Positions 42,826-54,594 of a DNA stretch of 64,000 bases are shown one piece after another. Made by a program: the position numbers and the translations under genes. The stretch spans positions 96,001-160,000 of the forward strand of contig CAVXJS010000009.1 of NCBI GenBank assembly GCA_963762145.1. The letters run 5' to 3'. Numbering within the stretch: position 1 is the stretch's first letter; each line of letters begins with the position of its first letter. Under the pieces are notes generated by a model that saw only the letters and a list, made by a program, of their open reading frames with translations, did not search any database and had not been told where the DNA came from. The DNA is from an uncultured Candidatus Rokubacteria bacterium. GTDB taxonomy: Bacteria > Methylomirabilota > Methylomirabilia > Rokubacteriales > CSP1-6.

Positions 42826-42862
42826 AAAAAAGAAACGGGCCGGGTCCTGGAGACCCGGCCCG
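42826..42862 (-). terminator. Rho-independent terminator after sodC
   Basis: 11-bp stem CGGGCCGGGTC/GACCCGGCCCG followed by TTTCTTTTTT on the minus strand. Confidence 0.8.
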
Positions 42863-42886
42863 CGCGATCGTCTCGCCGGCCCGCGA

Positions 42887-43408
42887 CTACTTCGCGATGA
42901 CCCCGCAGGCGATGCGCCCGCCGCTGTTGCCGGTGGGATCGGTCTTGTCGTCGTCGGGATTGGCGTGCACGACGAGCGAGGTCGGCTTGTCGCCGAGCAC
43001 CGAGTTGGGACCGGGGCTCAGGGTGAAGGCCTTCGTGGTGATGTCGATGCCGCCCTCACCCGACGCCGCCACCACCAGGTTGGGCAGGTCGCCCGCGTGC
43101 GGGCCGGCCGGGTTCTGGCGGCCGTGCTGCTTGCCGGTGGGGTTGAAGTGCGCGCCCGCCGACGTGAACTCCGGCGGCTCGCACAGCCCGACCGCGTGGA
43201 TGTGCAGCCCGTGCCCGCCCGGGGGCAACCGGTAGCCGGTCACCGCCAGGCGCACGCCTTCCGGGGTCTCGATGAACGTCGCCACGCCCACCGGCTTGCC
43301 GTCCTTGTCCTTGAGAGCCGCCTCGGCCGACAGCGGTCCCCGGTCGCCGGGCGTGCTCGCGCATCCGGCCAGCATTGCGGCCACCCCGAGCAGCAGTAGT
43401 GGTCTCAC
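42887..43408 (-). CDS. sodC: Cu/Zn superoxide dismutase lipoprotein
   Basis: LAGC lipobox, HGLHIH, GAHFNP, PHAGDL, VVHA and GNSGGRIACG. Confidence 0.95.
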   Translation of the reverse strand: MRPLLLLGVAAMLAGCASTPGDRGPLSAEAALKDKDGKPVGVATFIETPEGVRLAVTGYRLPPGGHGLHIHAVGLCEPPEFTSAGAHFNPTGKQHGRQNPAGPHAGDLPNLVVAASGEGGIDITTKAFTLSPGPNSVLGDKPTSLVVHANPDDDKTDPTGNSGGRIACGVIAK

Positions 43409-43427
43409 CGTTGAGTGCCCTCCTCGT

Positions 43428-46400
43428 TCAGTTGAGCTGCGCGATGAGCTGCTTGGCCTTCTCCCGGAACCGCGCCACGCCCTCGAGCTTGATGTGCTCG
43501 TAGCCGCGGATCTCGTCCGGCAGCTCGGCGAGGGTCACCGCCGCGCGGTGCGTGACGGGGCTGAGCCGCACGAGCGCGGTCTCGATGAGCTGGCGGTACT
43601 CGGCGATGAGTGCCCGCTCCACCTTCCGCACCTCCGCGTAGCCGAAGGGATCGAGCGAGGTGCCCCGGAGGCCCTTCATGGCGCGGAGCATCCGGAAGGC
43701 GGGCGCGAACCAGGCGCCGAGCCGGATCTTCTTCTTGAGGCCGAGCGCGCGCAGGAGCGGCGGGTGGAGGTGCCAGTACGTACGGACCTTCTGGCCGAAC
43801 TTCGCCTGGAGCTGCGCGTCCACCGCCGCGTCGAGATGCAGGCGTGCCACCTCGTACTCGTCCTTGTAGGCCATGAGCTTGTAGAGGTGCCGCGCGACGG
43901 ACTCCGCGAGCCCCGCGCTGCCGGGCGCGCGCTCCACCTCCACCTGGACCACGCGGCGGACGAAGTCCACGTACTCGCCCGCGTAGGCCGCGTTCTGGTA
44001 CGCGATCAGCTCGGGCACGCGGATCTCGAGCAGGCGCCGGAGCTCTCCCGACGCTTCCACGCGATCCACCAGCGCCCGCGCCTCCGCGCTCAGCACGCGC
44101 GGGGCCTCGACCGCCTGCGCGGTGGCCTGGGCCACCGCGGCCTCCACCTGCGGTGCGGTCGACCACCGCCATCCGGCCCCACCGGAAGGCGAGCACGTTC
44201 ATGTCCACCGAGACGCCGTTGATCCGGATGGCCCGCTCGATGGCCGCGGCCGAGATCGGCAGCGCGCCCGCCTGGAAGGCGGCCCCGAGCATGATCGGGT
44301 TCACCGCCATGTGGTCGCCGAAGAGCCCCTCCGCGATGGCCTGGGCGTCGAGGTAGACGTTGTCGGATCCTTCCGGGTCACCCGGTCGATGCTCATCAGC
44401 ATGCTGCTGAGCTCGGGGAAGTGCACCGCGGTGTCCACCACCATCTGGCCGGTGGGGATCTGGCTCGTGGAGACCACCGCGATGGTGCGGCCCGATTCGG
44501 CCTTGTCCAGGTTGACCGGATCGGTGGACACCAGGAGGTCGAAGCCCAGGTAAAGGTCGGCGGCCTCCCGCCGAGATCTTGTTCGCGCGCTCGATCGGCT
44601 CGGAGCCGATCTTGAGGTCGGAGACCACCGGCCCGCCCTTCTGGCTGAGCCCGGTCTGGTCGAGCCCGCGCACGTGCCGGCCGTCGAGCATGGCCGCGGT
44701 GCCGAGGATCTGGTTCATGGTGACGACCCCGGTGCCGCCGATGCCCATCATGTGGAGCGCGAAGCCCTCGCCGGGCACCTTCAGCACCGGCTCGGGCAGC
44801 TCGACGTCGAGCGGGCGTGAGCCGCCGCTCCTTCTTCGCCGCGGGCGCGGCGCCCTCGATGGTCAGGAACGACGGACAGTCGCCGAGCAGGCACGAGTAG
44901 TCCTTGTTGCACGACGACTGGTGGATCGCGGTCTTCCGTCCGAACTCGGTGTCGATCGGCTGCACGGACAGGCAGTTCGACTTCTTGCCGCAGTCCCCGC
45001 ATCCCTCGCACACCCGCTCGTTGATGAAGACGCGGGTCGTCGGGTCGACCATCTTGCCGCGCTTGCGCAGCCGCCGCTTCTCCGCCGCGCAGTGCTGGTC
45101 GTGGATCAGCACCGTGACGCCCGCTGATGGCCGCGAGCAGGGACTGGGCCTCCAGCAGCCGGTCGCGATGCCAGACCTCCGCGTTGCCCGCGATCGAGAT
45201 CCCCGAGTACTTGGCCGGATCGTCGGTCGTGATGATGATCCGCTTGACCCCTTCGGCCTCGAGGCGCCGGCTGAGCGCGGGAATGGGGAGAGCTCCCGCC
45301 GCGTTCTGGCCGCCGGTCATCGCGACCGCGCCGTTGTAGAGGATCTTGTAGGTGATGTTCACCCCGGAGGCCACCGCGTAGTTCAGCGCGAGCCCGCCCG
45401 AGTGGAAGAACGTCCCATCGCCGATGTTCTGGAAGAGGTGCGGCGTCTCGGTGAACGGCGCGATCCCGACCCACTGCGCGCCTTCCGCGCCCATGTGGGT
45501 CACCCCGATGATGCCGCGGTCCATCCCCATCGCCATGCCGTGACAGCCGATGCCCGCGGCGGCCACGCTGCCCATCCGGGATCACGGTGGAGCGGTTGTG
45601 GGGGCAGCCCGAGCAGAAGAACGCGGAGCGGGCCAGGGTCAGCGTCTTCGGGCGGCGCTTGAGCTCGTCGAGGTGCTGGATGCGCGCCTCGACCGAGTCG
45701 ATCCTGACGCGGCGGGCGAGGCGCCGGGCGATGGCGCGCGCGATGAGGTCGGAGTCGAGCTCGCCGACCGGGGACAGCAGGGGCCGGTCCTCCTCGTCGA
45801 GCTTGCCCACCACCTGCGGCCGGTCCGCCTGTCCGTAGAGCACGTCCTTGCAGAACATCTCGAGGAACGAGCGCTTCTCCTCCACGACGAGGATCTCCTG
45901 CAGCCCGCGCCCGAACTCGCGCACGATGCGCGGCTCCATCGGGAACAGCATGCCGATCTTGAGGATGCGGATGCCGTAGCGGCGCAGTGCCCCGTCGTCG
46001 AGCCCGAGCTCGACGAGGGCCTGGCGCACGTCGTAGTAGGTCTTGCCGCTCGTGACGATGCCGAGCCACGCGTTCGGCGACGCGATCGTGATCCGGTTGA
46101 GCTTGTTCTCGTACGCGTAGCGGCGGGCCAGCTCGAGGCGCGCCCCGTGAATCGTGCGCTCCATGTCGAGGCCGTAGGGCGGGATCAGGTTCACGTTGAT
46201 CTGGTGCTGGAAGGGCTTCCCGTCCAGCTCCACCACCGGGATGATCGGGCTCACGCGCTCCGGATCCACCTCGGCGGTGCCCGCCTCGTCCGCCACGTTC
46301 GTGACGATCTTGACGCCCACCCAGAGACCGGACGTGCGCGAGAGCATGAAGCCGTGCAGGCCGAGATCCAGGATCTCCTGCACGTTGCCCGGGTAGAGCG

Positions 46401-46914
46401 TGGGCATCAGGGCGTCGTAGAGCGCGACCTCGGAGTGACTCGGCAGGGTCGACGACTTGGACAGGGGATCGTCCCCGGCGAGCGCGAGCACGCCGCCGTT
46501 CTTGCCCACGCCCGCGTAGTTGGCGTGCTTGAAGACGTCGCCGGAGCGATCCACGCCGGGCGCCTTGCCGTACCACATGCCGAGCACGCCGTCGAACCGG
46601 GGATTCGGGAAGAGTCCCGCCATCTGGCTGCCGTACACCGCGGTGGCGCCCAGATCCTCGTTGAGCCCGGAAGAGAACACGACGTCGTGGGCGCGGAGCA
46701 GCGTGGTCATCCGCTCGAGCGTCTGGTCGAGCCCGCCGAGGGGGGAGCCTCGGTAGCCCGAGATGAACGTCGCCGTCTTGAGGCCCCGCCGGATGTCGGC
46801 GCGATGCTGATCGAGGGGGAGCCGGACCAGCGCCTGGATGCCGGACAGATACACGCGTCCGCGGTCCTGGGTGTACTTGTCCTCGAGCGAAAACTCTCCG
46901 GTCGGTGTGGTCAT
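43428..46914 (-). CDS. Fused indolepyruvate:ferredoxin oxidoreductase family protein (frameshifted)
   Basis: [47 protein letters not shown] and [11 protein letters not shown]. Confidence 0.94.
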
Positions 46915-47059
46915 GAGCTCCCCTTGTGGGGTGGCGACGTTAGACAACGAACGACGGCCATATAGTAGTCGGGAAAGGCGTTTCGAGCAATAGGCGCGCA
47001 CCGGTCGCCCGCAGATTCAGAACGGTTGTTGGCAGATCCACGAATGGTTGACCGCCATC

Positions 47060-47105
47060 TGGGGGAGTGCGGGGGCCATTTCTGGGCCCCCGCATTTAAT
47101 AGAGC
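47060..47105. repeat. Hairpin repeat TGCGGGGGCC-N7-GGCCCCCGCA, copy 2
   Basis: Matches 16500-16548; perfect 10-bp stem. Confidence 0.75.
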
Positions 47106-47132
47106 TTAAAGAACTAGACGGTTGTCCGCGCG

Positions 47133-47747
47133 CTACTTCCGCAGCAGCGGCACGAGAAACGGCCACAAGTTGTCCACCACGATCGCGTACCCCTCCGCGG
47201 TGGGGTGAATGCCGTCGGGCTGGTTGAGGCGGGGAATGGCCCCGACGCCTTCGAGAAAGAACGGCAGGTAGGGCGCGTTGCGGGCTCGCGCCACCTCGCT
47301 GAAGAGCCGGCGAAAATCATCGGCGTAGGGAGCGCCGTAGTTCGGGGGCAGGCGCATGCCCGCCACGAGCACACGGGCGCCGGCCGCCTGGAAGCGCGTC
47401 ACGAGCTGATCCAGGTTCGCCCGTACCGAGGCCAGGTTCTGGCCGCGGAGGGCGTCGTTCACGCCCAGCTCCAGGATCACGATCTCGGGCTTGAGGCGCA
47501 GCGCCCAGTCCACGCGGCGGAGCCCGCCCGCGGTGGTGTCGCCCGACACGCCGGCGTTGACGACCTTGTACGGGTAGCCCTCGCGCCGGAGCCGCGCGTC
47601 GAGCAGCGCGGGATAGGTCTGATCGACCGGCACGCCGAGCCCCGAGGTGAGGCTGTCGCCGAAGGCGACGATGACGCGTTCCGAGGCCGCCGCCTCGCCG
47701 GTCGCGAGCTGCAGCACCAGCAGGAGCAGCCAGACGAAGCCGCGCAT
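47133..47747 (-). CDS. tesA: SGNH arylesterase / acyl-CoA thioesterase I
   Basis: FGDSL, NAGVSGDTT, LGVND and DGIHP; signal peptide. Confidence 0.92.
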   Translation of the reverse strand: MRGFVWLLLLVLQLATGEAAASERVIVAFGDSLTSGLGVPVDQTYPALLDARLRREGYPYKVVNAGVSGDTTAGGLRRVDWALRLKPEIVILELGVNDALRGQNLASVRANLDQLVTRFQAAGARVLVAGMRLPPNYGAPYADDFRRLFSEVARARNAPYLPFFLEGVGAIPRLNQPDGIHPTAEGYAIVVDNLWPFLVPLLRK

Positions 47748-47799
47748 GCCGCTAGTGTAGTATGGGCGGCGAGCGCCCGAAGCGGGGAGCGGACGGTAC

Positions 47800-48810
47800 G
47801 TGCGCACGATCCGGACATCGACGATCCACCTGCTCGTCCTCGGGGCCCTCCTCGCCCCCGCCCCCGCGGTGGCCCTCGGTCCCGAGCAGACCGCCGTGAT
47901 CGTCAACACCGCGGATCCGTATAGCGTGGAGATCGGCGCCTACTATGCCCGCCGGCGGGGCATCCCGCCCGGCAACGTGGTGTTCGTCAGGCTGCCGGTG
48001 GGCGAGAACGAGATCAGCCGCCAGGACTTCGAGAGCGCCCGGGCGGAGGTGGACGCTCGCCTCCCCGCGACCATCCAGGCGCTGGCCCTCGCCTGGACCA
48101 CGCCGTTTCGAGTCGACTGCCTGTCGATCACCACCGCGTTCGCGTTCGGCTTCGATTCGGCCTTCTGCGCCCAGGGCTGCCGGCCCACGCGGCGGAGCCC
48201 GTACTACAACGCTCCGAGCCGCGCCCCGTTCTCCGACCTGAAGCTCCGACCCGCCATGCTCCTGGCCGGCCAGAGCGTGGACGAGGGCAAGGCGGTGATC
48301 GACCGCGGCGTCGCCGCCGACGGCACATTCCCGGACGGGACCGCGTACCTGCTCTCCACGTCCGACCGGGCCCGCAACACGCGGGCGGCGGGCTACGCGC
48401 AGATCGACGCGCTGAAGCCCTCCGTGCGGGTGGAGCGGCTCGAGGCGGACGCGCTCCGGGATCGCCGCGACGTGCTCTTCTACTTCACCGGCCTCCCGGT
48501 CGTCGCGGGGCTCGAGAGCCTTCGCTTCCGCCCCGGCGCCATCGCCGACCACCTCACCTCGAGCGGCGGCGTGCTGACCGGGCAGTCCCAGATGAGCGCG
48601 CTCCGGTGGCTTCAAGCCGGCGCGACCGCCAGCTACGGCACGGTGGCGGAGCCGTGCAACTTCCCCGCGAAGTTCCCGCATCCCGCCCTGGCGATCACGC
48701 GATACACGCGCGGCGAGACCCTGCTCGAGGCCTACTGGAAGAGCGTGGCCATGCCCGGACAGGGCGTGTTCGTGGGCGAGCCCCTCGCCGCGCCGTTCCG
48801 CGCCCGCTAG
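47800..48810 (+). CDS. TIGR03790-family exported protein
   Basis: Signal peptide; YYARRRGIP, PGAIADHLTS and GATASYGTVAEPC...KFP. Confidence 0.8.
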   Translation: MRTIRTSTIHLLVLGALLAPAPAVALGPEQTAVIVNTADPYSVEIGAYYARRRGIPPGNVVFVRLPVGENEISRQDFESARAEVDARLPATIQALALAWTTPFRVDCLSITTAFAFGFDSAFCAQGCRPTRRSPYYNAPSRAPFSDLKLRPAMLLAGQSVDEGKAVIDRGVAADGTFPDGTAYLLSTSDRARNTRAAGYAQIDALKPSVRVERLEADALRDRRDVLFYFTGLPVVAGLESLRFRPGAIADHLTSSGGVLTGQSQMSALRWLQAGATASYGTVAEPCNFPAKFPHPALAITRYTRGETLLEAYWKSVAMPGQGVFVGEPLAAPFRAR

Positions 48811-48852
48811 GACCGGGTGCGGCCCGCCGGGCCGTGTAGTATGGACGGGACC

Positions 48853-49514
<662 letters not shown>

Positions 49515-49518
<4 letters not shown>

Positions 49519-52005
49519 GCCGCTTCGTCTTCCGGCTCGCGTGGCGGGAGACGCGCGGGGCGTGGCGGCACTTCGGCTACTTCTTCGCCTGCATCACCCT
49601 GGGCGTCAGCGCGCTGGTCGGGGTGGGCAGCTTCGCGGACAGCCTCGAGCGCACCGTCGCCCGCTCCGCCCGGGCGCTGATGGGCGGCGACGTCGAGATC
49701 CGCGGCACGCAGCCCCCGCCCCCGGACGCGGCGCCCCTGCTCGCGGAGTCGGACACCACGCGCGTGCGCGAGATGGTGGCCATGGCGCAGGCGGGCCCGG
49801 GGCAGAGCCACATCGTCGAGCTCAAGGCGGTGGAGCCTGGCTATCCCTTCTACGGCGCGCTCGTGACCGAGCCGGCGCGCCCGCTCGAGACCCTGATCGG
49901 CGAGGGCCGTGCGCTCGTGCACGACTCGCTCCTCGCCCGCTTCGACCTCCGGGTCGGCGACCGCCTCCGCGTGGGCGACCTCGAGCTGATCATCAGCGGG
50001 GTGATCCAGAAGGAGCCGGACCGTGCGATCGGCGTGTTCTCGCTGGGCCCGCGGGTGCTGATCGCGGGCGCGGACCTCGACCGCACCGGGCTGCTCCGTC
50101 CCGGCAGCCGGGTGCGCTACCGCACGCTGGTGCGCCTCCCCGAGGGCGGCGACGCCCAGGCCTTCCGCGACCGGCTCGCGGCCGCGCTCCCCGCGGGTCA
50201 GCGCGTGTCGACCTACGGCCAGGCCCAGCCCGGCCTGCGACGATTCTGGGATCAGCTCACGATGTACCTGGGGCTCACCGGGCTGGTGGCGCTGATGGTG
50301 GGCGGCATCGGGGTCGCGGTGAGCGTGAACGCCTTCGTGCGGCAGAAGCTGGCGTCGATCGCCATCCTGAAGGCGCTCGGGGCGGGCTGGCGGCCGCTGC
50401 TCGCCGCGTACCTGCTGCAGACCGCGCTGCTCGGGCTGGGCGGCAGCGTGCTCGGCGCGATCCTGGGCAGCGCGGTCCAGCCCCTGCTCGCGCCCACGCT
50501 CACGCGCCTCCTGCCGATCGAGCTGACGCTGTCGTTCTCTCTTCGCGCGGTCCTGCGCGGCCTCGCGATGGGGGTGGGCGTGACCCTGCTCTACGCCCTC
50601 TGGCCGCTACTGCAGATCCGGTACGTCCCGCCGGCCCTGATCCTGCGCCGCGAGGTGGAGCCGCGCCTGCGCGGCCGCCGTCCGTGGGCCGCCGCGCTCC
50701 CGCTCGCGGCCGGCCTCGCCGCGCTCGCGCTCTGGCAGGCCGGCTCCTGGAAGATCGGCGCGCTCTTCGCGGGCGGCCTCGCCGCCGCGCTGATCCTCCT
50801 GGCCCTCGGCGCCCGCCTCGTCATCGCGCTGGCGCGCCGCGTGCGCTGGCGCTCGCCCGCCTGGCGGCAGGGCGCGGCCAATCTCCACCGCCCCGGCAGC
50901 CACGCGGGTCCGGTGCTGGTCTCGCTCGGCCTGGCGGTGATGCTCGTCGTCTCCATCGCCCTGCTCGACCGGAGCCTGCGCGCGCAGCTCGTGGACCGCG
51001 CCCCCGGCAGCGCCCCCGCGTTCTTCTTCATCGACATCCAGACGGACCAGGCCGAGCCCTTCGCGCGGCTCGTGGCGGCCAGCGGCGCGACCTCGCCCGC
51101 GGAGCTGACGCCGGTGGTGCGCTCGCGCCTGGCCGCGGTCAACGGGGTCTCGATCGCGCAGGACGAGCGCGCGCGACGGGAGGACGCGTGGTACCTCACG
51201 CGCGAGTACGTGCTGACCTGGGCCGAGAGGCCGCCCGGGCACAACACGGTCGTGGCCGGCCGCTGGTGGACGCCCGAGGAAGCGGCCCGCGAGCCACTGA
51301 TCTCGGTCGAGGAGGAGATCGCGCGCCAGCTCGGGGTGGGGCTCGGCGACACCCTCACCTTCGACGTGCAGGGGGTGCCGGTGAGCGCGCGCGTGACGAG
51401 CCTGCGCCACGTGGACTGGCGCTCGCTCACGTCCAACTTCTTCGTGATCTTCTCCCCGGGCGCGCTGGAGGGCGGCGCCGAGCACCTTCATCGCCACGGT
51501 GGGCGCGCGGCCCGAGCAGGAGAACCGGCTGCAGGCCGCGGTGGTGGCCGCGTTCCCGAACATCACCGCGATCCCGATCCGAGAGGTGCTCGAGCGCGTC
51601 AACGCGATGCTCGACCAGATCGCCCTCGCGGTCCGGCTGGTGGCCGCCTTCAGCATCGGGGCCGGGCTCATCGTGATGGCGGGCGCGCTCGCGATCACCC
51701 GGCAGCAGCGGCTCTACCAGTCCGTGATCCTGAAGGCGCTCGGCGCGACCCGCGGCTTCGTCTCCCGCGTGTTCGCGGTGGAGTACGCGCTCCTCGGCGC
51801 CGCCGCCGGGCTGGCGGGCAGCGCGCTGGCCGCGCTCCTGGCCTGGGCGGTGCTCCGCTGGGCGCTCGAGGTGCCCTGGCGCTGGGCCCCCGGCACGCTG
51901 CTCGCCGGGGTGGCCACCGCCACCGCGCTCGCGCTGCTGGTGGGCTTCCTGGGCACCCGGCGCCTGCTCGGCCGCCGGCCGCTCGGCGTGCTCCGAAGCG
52001 AGTGA
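49515..52005 (+). CDS. FtsX/YbbP-like ABC permease (indel near 51480)
   Basis: AWRETRG, LMGGD, ELKAV...[15 protein letters not shown] and ILKALGA twice. Confidence 0.9.
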
Positions 52006-52805
52006 CGCTGCTCGAGCGGCTGCGCGCGCTCTACCCGGAGGCGTCGGGTCGGAGCCTCAAGCAGTGGCTCGAGGCGGGGCGCGTGGAGGTCAACGGCCGG
52101 CCCGCCAAGGACGGGCGGCTCGCGCTGACCGCGGACGACGCGGTCGCGCTCGCCGCGCGCCGGGCCGCGCCCTTCCCGCGCGGCCTCTCGCTCGTGCACG
52201 AGGACGAGACGATCCTCGTCGTGGCCAAGCCGTCCGGCCTGCTCTCGATCGCCACCGATCGCGAGCGGGAACGCACCGCCTACCGTCTGCTCTGGGACTA
52301 CCTGGCCGCCAAGCGCCAGCGGCCCTTCATCGTCCACCGCCTCGATCGCGAGACGTCGGGGCTGCTCGTCTTCGCCAAGTCCGAGGAGACGAAGCGGGCG
52401 CTCCAGGCGCAGTTCGAGGCCCGCAGCGTGGAGCGCGTGTACCTGGCGCTGGTCGAGGGCGGCCCGCCCGACGAGCGCGGCACCCTCGAGAGCACGCTCG
52501 CGGAGGATCGCATGCTGCGGGTGCGGTCGGCCGAGAAGGGCCGCCAGGCCATCACCCACTACCGCGTGCTGCGGCGGCGGCGCGAGGGCTGCCTGCTCGA
52601 GCTCCGCCTCGGCACCGGGCGGCGGCACCAGATCCGCGTGCAGCTCGCGGAGGCGGGGTGGCCGATCGTCGGCGACGTCACCCACGGCGGCGCCCGGGGC
52701 AGCGCCGGGCGGCTGTGCCTGCACGCCACGCGGCTCGGCTTCGTGCATCCGGCGACCGAGCGGCAGGTCGTCTTCGAGAGCGCGCCGCCCGCCGACTGGG
52801 TATAA
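52002..52805 (+). CDS. RluA-family pseudouridine synthase with S4 domain
   Basis: KPSGLLS, HRLDRETSG, TGRRHQIR and LCLHA. Confidence 0.93.
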   Translation: MTLLERLRALYPEASGRSLKQWLEAGRVEVNGRPAKDGRLALTADDAVALAARRAAPFPRGLSLVHEDETILVVAKPSGLLSIATDRERERTAYRLLWDYLAAKRQRPFIVHRLDRETSGLLVFAKSEETKRALQAQFEARSVERVYLALVEGGPPDERGTLESTLAEDRMLRVRSAEKGRQAITHYRVLRRRREGCLLELRLGTGRRHQIRVQLAEAGWPIVGDVTHGGARGSAGRLCLHATRLGFVHPATERQVVFESAPPADWV

Positions 52806-52839
52806 TCCGCGCGGTCGCGGGGATCTCCCCCGATCACCA

Positions 52840-52876
52840 CCCCTCACCCTGCCCTCTCCCCTGAGGGGAGAGGGGG
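52840..52876. repeat. CCCTCACCC-type REP-like palindrome
   Basis: CCCCTCACCCTGCCCTCTCCCCTGAGGGGAGAGGGG; shares its first 23 nt with 58298. Confidence 0.75.
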
Positions 52877-52894
52877 AAAAGGACCGGAGGCACT

Positions 52895-53693
52895 ATGGCT
52901 GGGTCGCCGTTTTCCATCGAGGACAAGGTCGCCATCGTCACCGGCGGCGGGGTCGGCATCGGCAAGTCCATCGCGCTCGAGTTCGCCCGCGCGGGCGCCG
53001 ACGTGGTGATCGCGAGCCGCAAGATCGAGAATCTCGAGCCGGTCACCGCCGAGATCCAGAAGCTGGGCCGCCGCTCCTTCTGCGTGGCGCTCGACGTCCG
53101 CCAGGAAGACCAGGTCAAGGACCTGGTCGGAGCGCACCGTGAAGGAGATGGGGCGGCTCGACGTCATGATCAACAACGCGGGCGCCTCGTTCCGCGCCAA
53201 GGTCGAGGACATCTCGGCCAACGGCTGGAACACGGTGGTCGGGATCAACCTGAACGGCACCTTCTTCGGCTGCAAGTGGGCCGCCAAGCAGATGATGGAC
53301 CAGCCGGGCGGCGGGTCGATCATCAACATCTCGTCGATCGCGGGCGTCTACGGCTCGACCATGATGTCGCACTACGGCGCCTCCAAGGCCGCGGTGATCA
53401 ACTTCACCCGCGCGCTCGGCATGGCGTGGGGCCGCAAGGGCGTGCGGGTCAACTGCATCGCGCCCGGCCCGGTGGAGACCGAGGGCTATCTCGGCGTCCT
53501 CACCAAGCAGGACCCGGCCGCGGCCAAGAAGGCCTACGACACGGTGGCCAGCCGCGTGGGCATGGGCCGCTGGGGCAAGGTGGAGGAGATCGCGTATCCG
53601 TGCATCTTCCTCGCCTCCGCCGCGTCCTCGTTCATGACCGGCGAGACCATCGTCATCGACGGCGGAGCCGCGCCCCAGCTCGGCGACGGCTGA
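52895..53693 (+). CDS. SDR oxidoreductase (indel near 53130)
   Basis: TGGGVGIG, NNAG, YGASK and VNCIAPG. Confidence 0.92.
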
Positions 53694-53700
53694 GGCGGCC

Positions 53701-54561
53701 ATGCCCGAGCTGCCCGAGGTCGAGGCGGCGCGGCGCGCGGCCCAGAAAGTTGCGGCGGGACGCCGCATCTCCGAGGTCTGGGTCGCCGACGATCCGATCG
53801 TCTTCGAAGGCGTCGCGCCCGCCCGATTCCGCCGGGCCCTCGTCGGCCGCCGGGTGACGGCGGTGCGGCGCCACGGCAAGCACCTCTGGCTCGAGCTCGA
53901 CCGGCGGCCGTGGCCGTGTCTCCACTTCGGCATGACCGGCGGCATTCACGTTCCGGCGGGGCGCGCGGTGCGGCTCGTGTCGGATGGGACGCCCAATACA
54001 TCTGAAACGATCCGGCCGGACTGGCCGCCGCGCTTCACCAAGCTCCACCTGCGCTTCGCGGGCGGCACCGAGCTGGCGCTGGCCGACGGGCGCCGTCTCG
54101 GCCGCATCCGGCTGCGCCGGGATCCGCCCAGCGAGCCGCCGATCAGCGCGCTCGGCTTCGATGCCCTGCGGGCCATGCCCACGCCGGCGCGGTTCCACGC
54201 GATGCTCCGCGAGCGGAAGTCGCCGATCAAGGCGGTGCTGCTCGACCAGTCGTTCGCGGCCGGCATCGGCAACTGGATCGCCGACGAGGTGCTCTACCAG
54301 GCCGGCATCGCGCCCAAGCGCCGCGCCAGCACGCTCTCCCCGGCCGAGGCGGGCCGGCTGCGGACCCGGATCCGCTCGGTGATCGGCGGCGCGGTGCGGG
54401 CGGGGTCCGACAGCGATCGCTTCCCGCGCTGGTGGCTCTTCCACCGGCGCTGGGGCCATCGCCGCGGGGGCCCGTCCGCCACCACCGTGCGGGGCGAGCA
54501 CATCCGCCACGAGACGGTGGGAGGCCGCACCACGGCCTGGGTGCCCTCGGCGCAGCGCTGA
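53701..54561 (+). CDS. Fpg/Nei-family DNA glycosylase, zinc-less finger type
   Basis: MPELPEVE, HFGMTG and LLDQS..AGIGNWIADEVLY; the C-terminus GGRTTAWVP has no Cys. Confidence 0.9.
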   Translation: MPELPEVEAARRAAQKVAAGRRISEVWVADDPIVFEGVAPARFRRALVGRRVTAVRRHGKHLWLELDRRPWPCLHFGMTGGIHVPAGRAVRLVSDGTPNTSETIRPDWPPRFTKLHLRFAGGTELALADGRRLGRIRLRRDPPSEPPISALGFDALRAMPTPARFHAMLRERKSPIKAVLLDQSFAAGIGNWIADEVLYQAGIAPKRRASTLSPAEAGRLRTRIRSVIGGAVRAGSDSDRFPRWWLFHRRWGHRRGGPSATTVRGEHIRHETVGGRTTAWVPSAQR

Positions 54562-54594
54562 AGGAGGGCGCGCACGCCGGAACGATCGCGTCGC

